A stretch of DNA of 64,000 bases from assembly GCA_963695995.1 (NCBI GenBank), contig CAVOIV010000029.1:70914-134913 (forward strand), given 5' to 3'. This DNA is from an uncultured Methylomirabilota bacterium (GTDB taxonomy: Bacteria > Methylomirabilota > Methylomirabilia > Methylomirabilales > 2-02-FULL-66-22). The notes under the pieces are model-generated. The model was not told where the DNA came from, ran no database searches, and worked only from the letters and a program-made list of their open reading frames with translations. Positions within the stretch are counted from its first letter, which is position 1. Every line of letters starts with the position of its first letter. The position numbers and the translations under genes were made by a program. Positions 63,364 through 64,000 of the stretch are shown here, piece by piece.

Positions 63364-63647
63364 ATGACGTGTTCAATCGGGCACTGGGGGGAGAAGAGGT
63401 CGATGCCGTCGAGTTCGCGTTCGGTACCGGTGGCGACGGCAATTTTCTCGCGCTCGGCCGCGCACCCGCTTCGGGAGGTCGGGGGCCACTTCAGCCTCGA
63501 TGTTGTCGAGTATGGTCAATACTCCCAGCATTAGCCACCAGGCAGCGGCAATTCGTTGATCGTAGAGGGCGGGCGAAGAGTCGCGGTGTAGGCGGATTGC
63601 TTTGACGATGGCCCGCTTCACCTCCTCTACGGCGTCGTTGAGTCGCT

Positions 63648-63929
63648 TTAGCTCGAGTCGTTGGCGACCCGAATGTTCCTAAATGGCAGCAAGCCGGGCA
63701 AATTGAGATTACAATTGCGTGGTGTCGAATTGGCGACTTGGTCCGAGGCATACAGAAACCAGCCTGTGAGGCTGTATGTCTGGCGACATTCGTCGCAGCA
63801 ACGGGGGCGTGCGGTACGTTTTCCGGCCCTGCCTATCTTGCCTGTATGGCAGTAGCTACAAAGGCGTACGATGCGTGCAGGAGGGGTTGCTAGTTGCTCT
63901 TGGCGCGCACCGATTTGCCGTGCCACCAA
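63648..63929 (-). CDS. hypothetical Cys-rich small protein
   Basis: 93-aa ORF with CSYC ..(18 aa).. CCDECRQ, resembling the C-x2-C ... C-x2-CR zinc-finger tails seen in small mobile-element proteins. Coding evidence is otherwise weak. Confidence 0.3.
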   Translation of the reverse strand: MVARQIGARQEQLATPPARIVRLCSYCHTGKIGRAGKRTARPRCCDECRQTYSLTGWFLYASDQVANSTPRNCNLNLPGLLPFRNIRVANDSS

Positions 63930-64000
63930 TTGGTAAGGCCCGTGGTTGCTTTTCTGTATCTTTGCATTGGCGGTGATTGCGATTGTGGGCTGGTGAGTTG

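Overview
This is a 64-kb, visibly high-GC (about two-thirds G+C by eye) bacterial chromosomal segment. It is probably from an uncultivated environmental lineage, but the taxon cannot be determined from sequence alone.

Gene content, left to right:
- mqnA (futalosine pathway), a metallophosphoesterase and a YeiH-type membrane protein.
- An organic-acid/sugar-acid type catabolic block: DapA-family lyase, TRAP dctPQM, Gfo/Idh/MocA oxidoreductase, HMGL-like enzyme, LigI-like amidohydrolase, SDR and a Bug/TctC binding protein.
- dapF.
- A creatininase-family gene plus a Dpp/Opp-like binding protein and two permeases. This unit has no ATPase genes and is heavily disrupted.
- A CheY-like regulator and an SDR.
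- An iron/polyamine-type ABC importer with two ATPase genes.
- A histidine phosphatase and a HAD-IIA hydrolase.
- The cell-shape operon mreB-mreC-mreD-mrdA-rodA on the minus strand.
- A PpiD-like chaperone.
- A MEMO (AmmeMemoRadiSam B) homologue with a PqqD-like N-terminal extension, followed by two small coupled ORFs and an amidohydrolase.
- A 10.5-kb same-strand signalling block with three sensor proteins, two NarL-type regulators, three stand-alone receiver proteins and a Cys-rich small protein.
- tRNA-Ala, then a lower-GC islet with two secreted proteins.
- An ABC_sub_bind-type binding protein, an NtrC-type activator and a sensor kinase.
- An MNT nucleotidyltransferase.
- tRNA-Leu, followed by recombinase and TctC gene remnants, an intact 1182-aa hybrid kinase and a degenerate copy of the tRNA-Leu 3' end.
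- The start of a lower-GC element carrying a Cys-X5-Arg phosphatase and a Prim-Pol primase.

The most unusual signal is non-genic:
1. Heptanucleotide-periodic repeat arrays (GCTGACC, CTGCCAG, TGACCAA and CAGCGTT types) lie at gene ends, often as inverted pairs. Two large fields sit directly upstream of both tRNA genes.
2. There are three copies of a 120-150 bp palindromic MITE-like element.

About 45 reading-frame disruptions are spread unevenly through otherwise recognisable genes, including essential ones. I treat most of them as likely assembly or sequencing indels, so gene coordinates span the reconstructed frames.

I saw no CRISPR array, rRNA or intact transposase. All family calls are by-eye motif recognition; no database search was run.
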